Shown here in pieces: positions 1 through 11,961 of a stretch of 20,000 nt of DNA. Source of the stretch: Spirogloea muscicola (Eukaryota); assembly GCA_009602725.1 (NCBI GenBank), contig WELB01000010.1, forward strand, positions 1,247,852-1,267,851, in the 5' to 3' direction. The notes beneath the pieces were generated by a model. The model had not been told where the DNA came from. It worked only from the letters and a program-made list of their open reading frames with translations, and did not search any database. Made by a program: the position numbers and the translations under genes. Positions within the stretch are counted from its first letter, which is position 1, and each line of letters begins with the position of its first letter.

Positions 1-116
1 TGGATCCCCGGCCGGTCACGGCGAGCGCTGACAGCGGTGGCTGCCGTTTGTGCCCGCCGTTAAATGGCGTCGCTGCCATTCCACTCCTTCCTCCGCTTCT
101 CGGCCACATTCTTCTC

Positions 117-118
<2 letters not shown>

Positions 119-151
<33 letters not shown>
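119..151. repeat. (GCC)n trinucleotide microsatellite upstream of the sphingosine kinase start
   Basis: About 10-11 perfect GCC/CGC units read directly, within a very GC/CpG-rich 5' region. Confidence 0.95.
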
Positions 152-290
152 ATTGGGCGGCGGCGGCTCGGCCGCGGGACCTGCGGCCTCCGGCGGCGGC
201 GGCCAAGGCCTGACTCGCGCCGGCCGCCTCTCCCGGACTCTCCGGGGGTCTCCCGGCCTGCGGGAGCGCCCGGAAGACTAGCCGGGGGCC

Positions 291-3200
291 ATGGAAGCCG
301 CGGGCGCGACGGCGGACGTGCGCGCCGACGGCGAGCCCGCGACGGCCACCCTCGGCCCGCGGAGCGTCCTGCGGCTCAGCGGCGGCCGGCGGCCGCCCGC
401 CGAGATCAGCCTGCAGGTGCGCTGATCACGGCACTGTCGCCCTCGCTAGCAGGCAGCGAAACGGCCACGCTGATTGTGAGGCAATGTGCATCCGTCACGA
501 CGCCTCTGCGGCCTGCTTCAGCACCGCGAGGCTGCGATTCTTGAGACGATGGTTCAAGCCTCAGCTTATGCAGCTAACACCTTGGTTGGCTGTGGATATT
601 GAGCAGGAGGACGTCCTGGGGTTCAAGCTCGACAAGGCGTCCCTGAGCTTGGCGCTGTTCCGGCTGGAGAGGCGGGCCTGCTTTGGCGGGCAGAGGAGAG
701 TACGCAGGGACCTCCTGCTTGAGTTTGACAGCGCCAAGGCCGCCTCTGACTTCTGCGCCCAAGTGGAAAGCGTTTTTGAACGCTTTGGTGGGATTTCTCA
801 TCCTTATTGTCAGTGCAGGCGACAGTGGCAGAAAGTTGTTGTAGGCACAGGCTCACTGCACTACTCTGTGTGCTTATGCCGCTGCATTGGTTGGGATACT
901 GTGGATAATCGCAGTGATTTTGCAGCTAATATGGTGGTCATACAGGCCTGCACTCACTATACGATCTATCAGATCACTTTGAGAAGACACATACTGTGCT
1001 GCAGATGAGTAGCTCATTTTCCGGCTTGTACGTACAAACTTGTATACGTGATGACCTTAAGACAGGAAGTCATAGGTCTGACAGATATCCTTCTGTTACA
1101 CTGCGTCAGGGCGTCCAAAGCGCTTGTATGTGATACTGAACCCAGAGGGTGGTCAGGGAAAGGCGAGACAAATCTTCAAGAAGGACGTGGAGCCCCTGTT
1201 CCAAGCTGCCAATATCGACTACACTATACAAGGCATTGCATCTCCCCTAAGCACCTATCCTGGACACGATTGCTTGCCGTGTGAGATGGCTGTAACTTTT
1301 CTAACTATCATCACCAGCCATCTTACTTCAGATCAGGTCAGTACTAACTGCGAAAGGTTAGATAGTCAAAAGGCCCCAGGTATTGCAAAACAGGAGGTGT
1401 CAGTCGCTTATCTCTTGCACATCCTACTTCTACTCTCTGAAGTCTCATCTGGGGGCTCACTGAGCAGCGATATGCTTGATCTGCAGAGACGCAGTACCAC
1501 AGGCATGCCAAGGAGCTGGCAGAAGAGCTTGAGTTAGAGGCTTATGATGGGATTGTGTGCGTCAGTGGCGATGGCATCCCGGTGGAGGTCTGTATGACAT
1601 TAATTACTGGGGCATGTTTCGCTTTTACTGGAGAGTAAATCGACTGTCTTTGCATATTGGTTTGGGAGTCCCCCACTGCTGTTCAGATCTTTATCGTTGC
1701 TGCAGTAATTGCCACTGTCAAGAGTCTGAATATGTACAAAGAACCCGTGATACTGGAGGTGCAGGTTGTCAATGGTTTGCTTCAAAGAGGTGACTGGGAA
1801 AGGGCAATCAAGATTCCCATCGGGCACATTCCTGCAGGCAAGGCCATTCTTTGAAGATTCTCAAGTTGAGGCACATGTATGTGTTCACTGAAGTTTGACA
1901 CTTGGGCTTCTTTTCTGCTGGCCTGCACATCTGCGCTGCTCTGCTATACTGTATATACTACAATGTACAATCGTTTGCATGTCTCATGGCAGGCAGAAGT
2001 GCAATAACCTTGCTTGCTGATGGTTCTGAGCTCGTGTGGTCTGAGCTCTGAGTTCTGAGACCTGAGCTCTTAGCTTGTGCCAGTCCTCCAACATGGGGCA
2101 TGCTGTGGGCAGGTTCCGGCAACGGCTTGGCTAAATCTGCCTGTCACTTAAGTGATGAGCAGTGCACACCAGGCAATGCTGCGCTCCTGGTCATAAGAGG
2201 TAAGTGCTTCCTAGCAATTTCTAGATGCTTTTGTGTACGCTACCTGCTAGATCTCAACAGGCATACTGTCTCAGCAGCCATAAGAACGGACTTTGTTAGC
2301 TGTTAGCAATTCACTAAATGTAAACCTCTTGGAAGCGCAGACAACTGCTTTGTCACTGAGCCCTTGCAGCATATCATTCTTACAACAGGCAATACAAGAA
2401 GTATGGATGTGGCCACTGTTTCTCAAGGGGACATCAACTTTCGGAGTATTCTCAATATCACGTGGGGTATGTAGTGGGCTGCCTTAAGCTCGCAAGCAAT
2501 CTTGAATTCAAGAAATCCTCAGTAAGGGCTTCACAGAGGCTGTGAGCTTTATTGAGCTGCTTCATTGCTGCTGGAGTCGTCTGACTGGCTTAACCAATTA
2601 AATTTGACTCAAATTAGGATGCTGCAGGTTTGACGAGCGATGTTGATGTGGAGTCTGAGAAGTACCGATGGATGGGGGGCTTCCGCCTGACATTTCAAGC
2701 TATCATCCGAATCCTGTTTCTCAGGCGATACCGTGGTACCTTTACTTATATTCCAGCTGAAGATGCACGTGCAACAGAAGAAGTACGAGTTGACATGCCC
2801 TCAAGCCAAGGTCCGCATTGCATCTTCCTTTCAGTCGGAAATTATGCAGCTTCACATTTGCAGCTGTGCATGACATCCTTTATCAGTCACAACACCATCG
2901 AGCCTGAGGGCTTCTGTACTAGGGCCTTGGCAGGTGTGCTACGGGAGAGCCTGCTGGCAGGAGATAACGATCCATTTCGATCCGATTCAGCTCGAAGTCT
3001 TGGTCTGGACACGGACACAAGTCTCGCAGCAGAAGAGGGCGGCCAGTGGAAGACCATAGGCGGCACTTTTGTCCTGGTCTGGTTGCAGAACACACAGTGG
3101 GCAGCAACAGACATGCGAGCAGCCCCTAATGCAGAGGTCTGCACACTCACTACTGTGCAGAGCAACCAGTTGTCAACTTCTGGCTGCAGAGGTGCAGCAG

Positions 3201-3811
3201 AAATTGAAGCTGGAGCAGCTTACTTTGAAGTCATTAACATGTGATGAAATTACATGTACTCAGCAAATCAAGAGTATGCAGGGAGATATTTCTGAGTTCC
3301 ATGCAGATAACGCATCACTTTTGATCATCCGCAGTTGTCAGATGGGTGCCTTGATGTACTGGTTGTTCAAGACTGTAGCAGGCTACAGCTGCTTAGTCTT
3401 TTCTTGAAGATTGAGGCAGGAGACCATGTGAAGTCCAAGTTTGTGCAGTATTTCAAGGTGAGTCAGCAGTTACTTTTCTCAATAGCCACATTGTCCTGAT
3501 TGTCTGGAGTTGCACCAAGTTGAACTCTTGCTGCTCTTCATGAAAAGTTTGCTGCTCTTGCATGACAAGCTGCAAGCATGTCGTATCATGTAGTCATATC
3601 TGTTGTTTATTTGTACCAGATTCGTGAGGCTAAGTTCCTGCCAGGCAACAGGCTGGGGAGCAGTGGGCACGGAGGGTACATCTCTGTTGATGGCGAAGTT
3701 GTGGCGCGGGGGGAGGGCCTGGCGCCCCATCTGCGCGACTTGATGGAGTACTCAGTGCCTTTGCAGGTCACTGTCAATCAGGGGGTTGCAGCTGTTTTCT
3801 GCTCAAGCTGA
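291..3811 (+). CDS. SPHK: Sphingosine (long-chain base) kinase, DAG-kinase catalytic family, 11 exons, ~489 aa
   Basis: Exons 291-416, 607-787, 1110-1232, 1487-1587, 1765-1837, 2113-2199, 2389-2466, 2628-2810, 2934-3136, 3335-3457 and 3620-3811 join in frame (1470 nt). Plant SPHK motifs: GRPKRLYVILNPEGGQG, ETQYHRHAKE, YDGIVCVSGDG, IPIGHIPAGSGNGLAKS, WGLTSDVDVESEKYRWMG, LSDGCLDV, GYISVDGE. Introns 3 and 5 require GC donors. Confidence 0.93.
2022..2070. repeat. Short degenerate CTGAG(CT) tandem repeat in SPHK intron 5
   Basis: ggttctgagctc..ggtctgagctctgagttctgagacctgagctc contains five CTGAG cores in ~50 bp. Confidence 0.6.
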
Positions 3812-4051
3812 GCTGCTGCCACTTCTATGTTGCTGTTGATGTGTATACAGACTGCATTGTGCGAGTGGCGGGGTACAGCAGTTGCCCTCGAGGTCGCTCT
3901 GATCCACCTGTGCACTGCGGACTGTAGAAGCTTCAAAAGCTGCCAATGTGGGTTCCTCTAAATTGCCTGTCGCGTGAAATTGGGTGGAGCATTCAAGAAG
4001 TGTAAGTTGGGGTACATCTTCAGTCGACTAAATTGTCAAAGCCTGTCAGTG

Positions 4052-4362
4052 ATCTCACAGTCAAAGGCTTGAATGGTGGTGTAGTGGCTGTGCGCCTCAG
4101 CTGGAGCAGATGAGAGAATGTAGTCTACTTAAGCTACTTGGCTTGGGAAAGGTAGCAAGCGATTCACTGAAGTTTACAGACCTGGAACGGGTCGACCTGA
4201 AACGAGCAAAGCAGAGCCGGAGTCCCCGGGGCAGCTTTTGCCTCAAAACGCAAGGCCCGTGGTGATTAGCCCCCCGCGAATCAAGCCCTGGTCCCAAGAG
4301 CAGCCAACGTGAGTGCAAAAGCACAGTGCAGTGTTCTGGATGCCTGTCATGCTTAGGCAGTG
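4052..4362 (-). repeat. Terminal repeat copy R1, a diverged full-length copy of the repeat at 8349-8695, at the 3' end of the retroelement
   Basis: Collinear blocks against the reverse complement of 8349-8695: atctcaca/atctcaca, aatggtggtgtagtggct/aatggatgcagtagggct, agctggagcag/agcttgagcag, gagaatgtagtctacttaag/gagaacgacgcctccataag, acgagcaaagcag/acgagctaagcag, agcccc..aatcaag, gccaacgtgagtgcaaaag/gccaagggaaatcgcgaaag, tgcttaggcag/tgctaagcag. Identity is low and judged by eye. Confidence 0.6.
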
Positions 4363-4558
4363 CAAGCATGCGAATGCCAGTGCTTGTGATGAGCAGCTTA
4401 TCTTTGAGAAGAGGTGAAGGGTCCGAGGCAGAACATGGTAATCTAAGATGGCAGCTATTCAATTGTGGGATAGAGGAAGTGGGACTGCAGACATGTAGCT
4501 TCTTCTTTCTTGCTTCCCTGGAAGTATCTATGATCCTCTTCACAGATTGCCAATGTTC

Positions 4559-6635
4559 TCAACCAGGACAGAGAGCTCGCCCAGCTTTCTGGTGCAAAGC
4601 ATTAGCCTGAGCACGCTGCAAACAGGCCGAAACTCGTCGTCGCAAGAAAAACAGATATGCAGCTGGCAAGCCATCTCAATCGGGAACACATCTGCACATC
4701 TTGTGTACCTTAGATTGGCTATGTTTTGAAGGAGAATAAGGAAACGAGGACCTAAGCAGCCAAAGATGTCGATTGGCGCTGGCAGGAGCTGATCACATTG
4801 GGGGTACTCGGAGTAGTGCTGCAAGTTTCTTTGTTCAGCACTGCCCACTGCGCGGCCAGCGATGTGTGTCAATGCTGGACCTTTATAGGCCTCCGTAACC
4901 ACAACATCGACCAAGGCCCGTGGTCCTCCACCAGGTTGCATGCCCACAATGTCAAGTGTGCAGCGATGATGACGTCCCTGGGCATCCGTGGTGATAGGCA
5001 TGATGCTGTTCACTTCCACGACCGCACGGTACCTGGCGTCGCGCATCAAACCCGCCAGGGCATCACGGAGGAGGTTGTGGAGGCCCACCACTTCTGGTCC
5101 AGTGGGGCATCGCAGCATGTGAGGGGCGAGCTCAGCACCCTCTGCACGGAAGACGCCCTCACACTGGCGCACCCCAATCAGGCAGTTAGGTGGGAGGCTG
5201 AGGAAAAGTTGAAGCAACGTCCGAAAGGCCTCGGAGCTGATGCTGAAGGCGTTGGCCACGGCGTGTGAGGTGATCCAGTCTGTGGCTCCAGGTGTGGCGA
5301 GGGAAGTAAGTCTTGCCAGGCTCCTTGGATTGTTGTGAATCTCCGGCAGCCTCCTCAAGCTTCTGCGGCGCTCATCTTCCACTGCCGTAACCAGTCTGGA
5401 TTGTGCCCCTCTATCCGAAGCTTGGGCGAGGGCGGAGAATGGCGTGAGTAGGGGTTGTGTAGAGGGGAAAGAGCCGATTGCCGAGTCATGGATGCTCCTC
5501 AGATCCGCTTGGAAGGGAAAGGAGCCTTCCTCCACATTGCGTACGGGATCGTAGAGGCAAGGGAAGCGCATGGGAAGCATAGAGGCGATCTGGTGCCAGC
5601 AGCCCAGGAAGGCTGCTTGCACCGTCTGCTCCAACGACCGGCAGCCAAGGCCGCCCATGCGAGTGGGGAGGGAAGCCTGGAGAGAAGATGAAGCGGAGGG
5701 GAAAGAGGATGATTGTAGAAGGGATGCCAGGGACTGCAGCAGGGAGTTGTCGAACTCCTTGTAGAGCTCGCCCACCATGCCCATTGGGGCGACTGTCTGT
5801 TGCAGGTAGCATGCCCGTTGCCCGATGCAGCGGGTGAGAATGGCCAACGCCAGCTGTGTGTCCCCAAGGAGGGGAAGGGAAGGGAGGGGGGCGAGGTGTT
5901 TTTGGAGGCGTTCCCGCAAGTCCACACGCCACGTGAGCTGGTGTGCCGAGGGTGACCTTGATAATGGCCAGCCCATTGGCAGGGGTCTGGCAGCCGTGGG
6001 GGAGCTGAAGGTTGGCGGGGAGACCGCGTGGGGACCATGCCACGCTCTTGGACAGGCAAACCCGCAGGCCCATCAGGTCCAGTTCACGAACGAGCAAGGG
6101 GTAAGCCGCCATGACTTCAGCTGGAGGTCCAATGATGTCTGTATCATGGAAATGAAATGAATGCGGCTGCTGATATCATGGGGAGGGGAAGAGGAGGTCT
6201 GGGTGTTGCCTCTGGGTGCGCCGTATAGCCCGACAATGTGCCAAGGCAAACAGGATGGGCTAAGAGGATCCCCCTGGCGTGTGCCAGAAGATGACCACAG
6301 CGTCTTCCACGACTCTCCGGCTTGCCACAGCAGCCGCCCTGGGCGACCATAGGCCATGAGGAAAACGGGTATAAGTGAAGGGAAGTGGTTGCGCAGCTCC
6401 TCCATGATGACGCTGCGCTCCACTGTGTTGAAGGCGTTACTATATCCAGCCCAAGGACCATTGTTGAAGGGTCCACGTCGAGAGCAGCGCGGATGCCGTG
6501 GACGAGGGCCTCCGCCCCGCAGGACATACCATCACCAATTGGTGGGGTCATAGGTGGCTGGTCAGCTGGGGTTTCAGCTTGCTGCACACGGCCTTTGATA
6601 CCAGCCGCATGATAGCCTCCGTCATCGCAATGATG
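4559..6635 (-). pseudogene. Copy A: RT + zinc knuckle + restriction-like endonuclease ORF, frameshifted
   Basis: RT: IAMTEAIMRLVSK, GAEALVH, LDIxNAFN, SGTRQGDPLSP, damaged (Y/F)xDD region, GLRVCLSKS. Thumb: LPTRMGGLG. Knuckle and RLE: C..HMLRC, HNLLRDAL, TLDI, VDVVV, AEQRNLQHY, PIDIFGCLG. The true C-terminus RRRVSACLQRAQANALHQK...* (stop 4559-4561) is in a shifted frame. There is an in-frame TGA at ~6548 and several frameshifts. Confidence 0.88.
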
Positions 6636-7455
6636 CGGGGACCGCCGCCGGGCGGGATGGCGACCAGGCCGGCGCGTCGGGTATGGAGCTGGCCGTCCGC
6701 ACCCTGCTGGATGGGCACTATCGAGGAATTTTCCACGGCCACCTTGTAGCCTGCCTCTACGAACACCCCCTGCATGCCATCTCGCAGGAGGTCGTGGGAA
6801 CCTCGTGGGAACCGGTCCTCTCGCCCCCGTGCGCGCAACGGAGCATGTGCGCAGCCAGCTCAGCAGGGTCGGCGTGACGGGCACCGCACTCGCACTGAGT
6901 GACGCCCACGATGCAGGGAGGGAGGAGGCCCAAGAGCAGGTGGACCGCCGTTCGGAAGACCTCATCTGGCATGGTGAGCGCCGCGTATAGTGGGAGCGCC
7001 GATGATAACGCCGCCGCCCCAGGGGAGGAGGCTGAGAGAAGCCGCGCGCGCGCGCCCGCGAAGGTTAGGCGGAGGGAGAAGCTCCACCACCTGGTCAAAG
7101 GCCGCTTTCTCGACCAGCGCCGTGTAGCATGCCTGGGCACGCAGGTCAGGGGTGTGGGCAAGGTGGATGAAAGGGGTGCCTGCTCCGACATGTTGGGGTG
7201 GACCGTCAGGAGCCCGTCGCGGGCAGAGCGGAGGGTAGCCTGGAAGGCAGCTGGCCGATCTCCACTTCAGCTGCCGCCCGCTCCAGGGCGCGCTGGCCGT
7301 GAACGATATACCGCTGGCACATCGGGGCCGCAACCTGAGCTCCAGCTGCCCAGGTAGGCCCGCCTCGCAGGCGCGGGCAACTGAGCGGAATCCCAAGCCG
7401 CAACGGCTGACCGGCAGGCTAGCCTGTAGCAGCGCAGGTGGTGAGGTGAGGAACG
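6636..7455 (-). pseudogene. Copy B: fragment of a related element (thumb to start of RLE)
   Basis: LQASLPVSRCGLGFRS (cf. A LQASLPTRMGGLGCRS), AYLGSW, EVFRTAVHLLLGLLPPCIVGVTQCECG..AELAAHMLRC, HDLLRD, YKVAVENSSIVPI..RRAGLVAIPPGGGPR. It parallels copy A ~5680-4920 but is clearly diverged and frameshifted. Confidence 0.85.
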
Positions 7456-7464
7456 CGGGGTGCT

Positions 7465-7569
7465 GAATAAGGGTGGCCGCGAGAAGGGGCCAGGGGAAGC
7501 ACTAAGAAAACCAAGCACAATAAGAAACCAAGCAGCTACGGAACTCTCAGTAACCCCTGCTAAGCAGCC
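7465..7569 (-). repeat. Terminal repeat copy R2 (first ~105 nt only) at the 5' end of the retroelement
   Basis: 7547-7569 tcagtaacccctgctaagcagcc is the reverse complement of 8349-8370 (one indel). Similarity continues through aagcagct, agcaca, aggggcca.gggaa and tgaa.aa.ggt. Confidence 0.8.
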
Positions 7570-7663
7570 TCAAGTCAGAGATACTTGGCTTCTGGAAGCG
7601 GGTCCCCTGGCCAAGACCAGAGGCAGCAGCGAGGGCTCGTCCGGAAGGAGACGGCCGCGAGTC

Positions 7664-7676
7664 TGTAAACAGGCCC
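7664..7676. mobile_element. Orphan PIF/Harbinger-type terminal inverted repeat (right end) followed by TAA
   Basis: tgtaaacaggccc+taa is identical to the last 13 nt of the MITE end at 8066-8078. No matching left end was found upstream in the window. Confidence 0.65.
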
Positions 7677-7687
7677 TAAGGGCCTAA

Positions 7688-8078
7688 GGGCCTGTTTACA
7701 ATTGGTCGGCCGGTCGCGCTGAGGGGCACGTGTCGCGCGCTGCATGGAGCGACCGGCGTTAACAAACTTGCGGGCCCGGTCGTGGTCACACGCCACGGAG
7801 GCGCCACATCGGACGCTGACCAGGACGCCTTTTGCCCCCGTCAAGGAGCAAACGGGGCCGTTGGCCACGAGGGCAGCGGGAACTGGGCCCTCCTCCCGAG
7901 GAGGGCCCAGTTTTGACCACCTGCCCGAAAACAACCAGCTGGCACCCCCTTTCCAAATGCACGGAGATTCAAATACGGTACCGCACGAGCAGGCGGCCGT
8001 CGGCCTCCGTGGCCGCGACCCGCCCTTGACAAGGCGGTCAAGACGACCGTGACCACTCGACCAAGTGTAAACAGGCCC
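7688..8078. mobile_element. PIF/Harbinger (Tourist-like) MITE, 391 bp
   Basis: 31-bp imperfect TIRs: gggcctgtttacaattggtcggccggtcgcg (7688-7718) and cgtgaccactcgaccaagtgtaaacaggccc (8048-8078). Flanks are TAA and TAC. GGGCCTGTTT termini with a TAA target are typical of PIF/Harbinger. No recognisable transposase. Confidence 0.85.
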
Positions 8079-8348
8079 TACGTACCGCGTCAGGCGGCCT
8101 CCCACGCGCCCGCCGCCGTCAGCTTCGCCTCGTTCGCCGCTCCGGCCGGCGCCATTTGGCGGGCATGCATTTCTTGGCCGCCTACTTTGTCGTCTTGCCT
8201 CGTGGCGGCTCGCTGATTTGCATATCGTTGAATACCAGCAGTACCGTGGCAGTGCCTCAAGGCGCCTCCGCAGCGGCGGACGGGTCGTGTTTCTGGCCCT
8301 GGCTTGAGGACCCGTAACCAGGAGCCCGGTTTTCCCGACATGCGGCGC

Positions 8349-8695
8349 GGCTGCTTAGCAGGGTTACTGATTGAGTATTTCGAAGCTGCTTCAATCCATA
8401 TGTGCTAGCTTTCGCGATTTCCCTTGGCCCCTCCGACCTTTGTTCATTCCTTGATTGGGGCTGGCCTCTCTCAGCTCCTCCCCCCTTCTGCCGTAGCCTC
8501 TTCAGGCCCCACAGTCGCTGCTTAGCTCGTAGTTTGGCCCCTTCGAACCTGTCAATTCTTTTCGGGCTGGCTTCTCACAGCCCTTGCCCCCATTGGGAGA
8601 GCCACTTCTTCTCAGCCACCGCCCTCTTATGGAGGCGTCGTTCTCTTCTGGCCCTTCGCTGCTCAAGCTCAGCCCTACTGCATCCATTGTGAGAT
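8349..8695 (+). repeat. Solo copy R3 of the retroelement-associated repeat (~347 bp), inverted relative to the element
   Basis: Starts GGCTGCTTAGCAGGG like R2 and ends TGTGAGAT like R1. No recognisable coding motifs and no TSD. Confidence 0.7.
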
Positions 8696-8863
8696 GTATT
8701 TACCGGGCCGGTATGTGTTGTAACATTGATTGTTGGTGGCCGCCCCCGTGGGCCACGGCACCTGCATGCCCACAGCTTCCCGCCCGCCCGCCCGCCCCAA
8801 AGCTCTCTAGGACCAGGCCAGGCCCCCGCCGCGCCGCGCCCCCATCCCGTCACCTGCGCGGCA

Positions 8864-8900
8864 NCGGCGGCGGCGGCGGCGGCGGCGACGGCGGCGGCGG
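8864..8900. repeat. Single-N assembly join followed by a (CGG)n microsatellite
   Basis: n at 8864 followed by cggcggcgg...gacggcggcggcgg. Confidence 0.85.
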
Positions 8901-9085
8901 TCGTGGCGGTACTCGTCTACCGCTAGAGGGTGGCTCGAGCGCAGCTCACGAGCGCCGGGCGCAGCCAGGTCTCGCGGCGGCGCAGCCCGCTGCGGCGTCG
9001 AGGCGACCGCCGTGCGCGTGTGGCTCAAACGAGGAGGAGCGGCGGCAGAAGGCGCGCAGGCTACCAGCCGGCCGTCTTGGCTGCC

Positions 9086-11961
<2,876 letters not shown>

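Larger units (their letters stand above)
4052..7569 (-). mobile_element. Decayed composite non-LTR retrotransposon of the RLE type (CRE-like), made of two related copies joined by deletion
   Basis: Minus-strand RT, thumb, CCHC and PD-(D/E)xK-type RLE motifs spread over several frameshifted ORFs. Bounded by copies of a shared repeat (7465-7569 and 4052-4362). No poly(A) tail or clear TSD seen. Confidence 0.85.

Noticed and set aside
1..281. Ala/Arg/Gly-rich ORFs and a possible divergent start MAATPFNGG (minus strand, ATG at 79)
   Set aside because: These arise from GCC repeats and high GC content, and too little sequence is in the window to support a gene.
4066..4200. tRNA or tRNA-derived SINE head from the A-box-like TGGTGTAGTGG
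   Set aside because: No properly spaced B-box or cloverleaf.
4798..7357. Plus-strand ORFs across the retroelement
   Set aside because: They are antisense shadows of GC-rich minus-strand coding sequence and contain no motifs.
7530..8391. Inverted repeats read as the TIRs of one ~860-bp DNA transposon
   Set aside because: Similarity stops sharply on the inner side and extends outward, and there is no TSD. Two head-to-head copies of a repeat explain it better.
8349..8460. HDV-like or hammerhead ribozyme as a called feature
   Set aside because: The core is degenerate (GAAG or GTAG instead of GAAA), and no consistent stem I/III or P1/P1.1 could be built in both copies. Kept only as a hypothesis.
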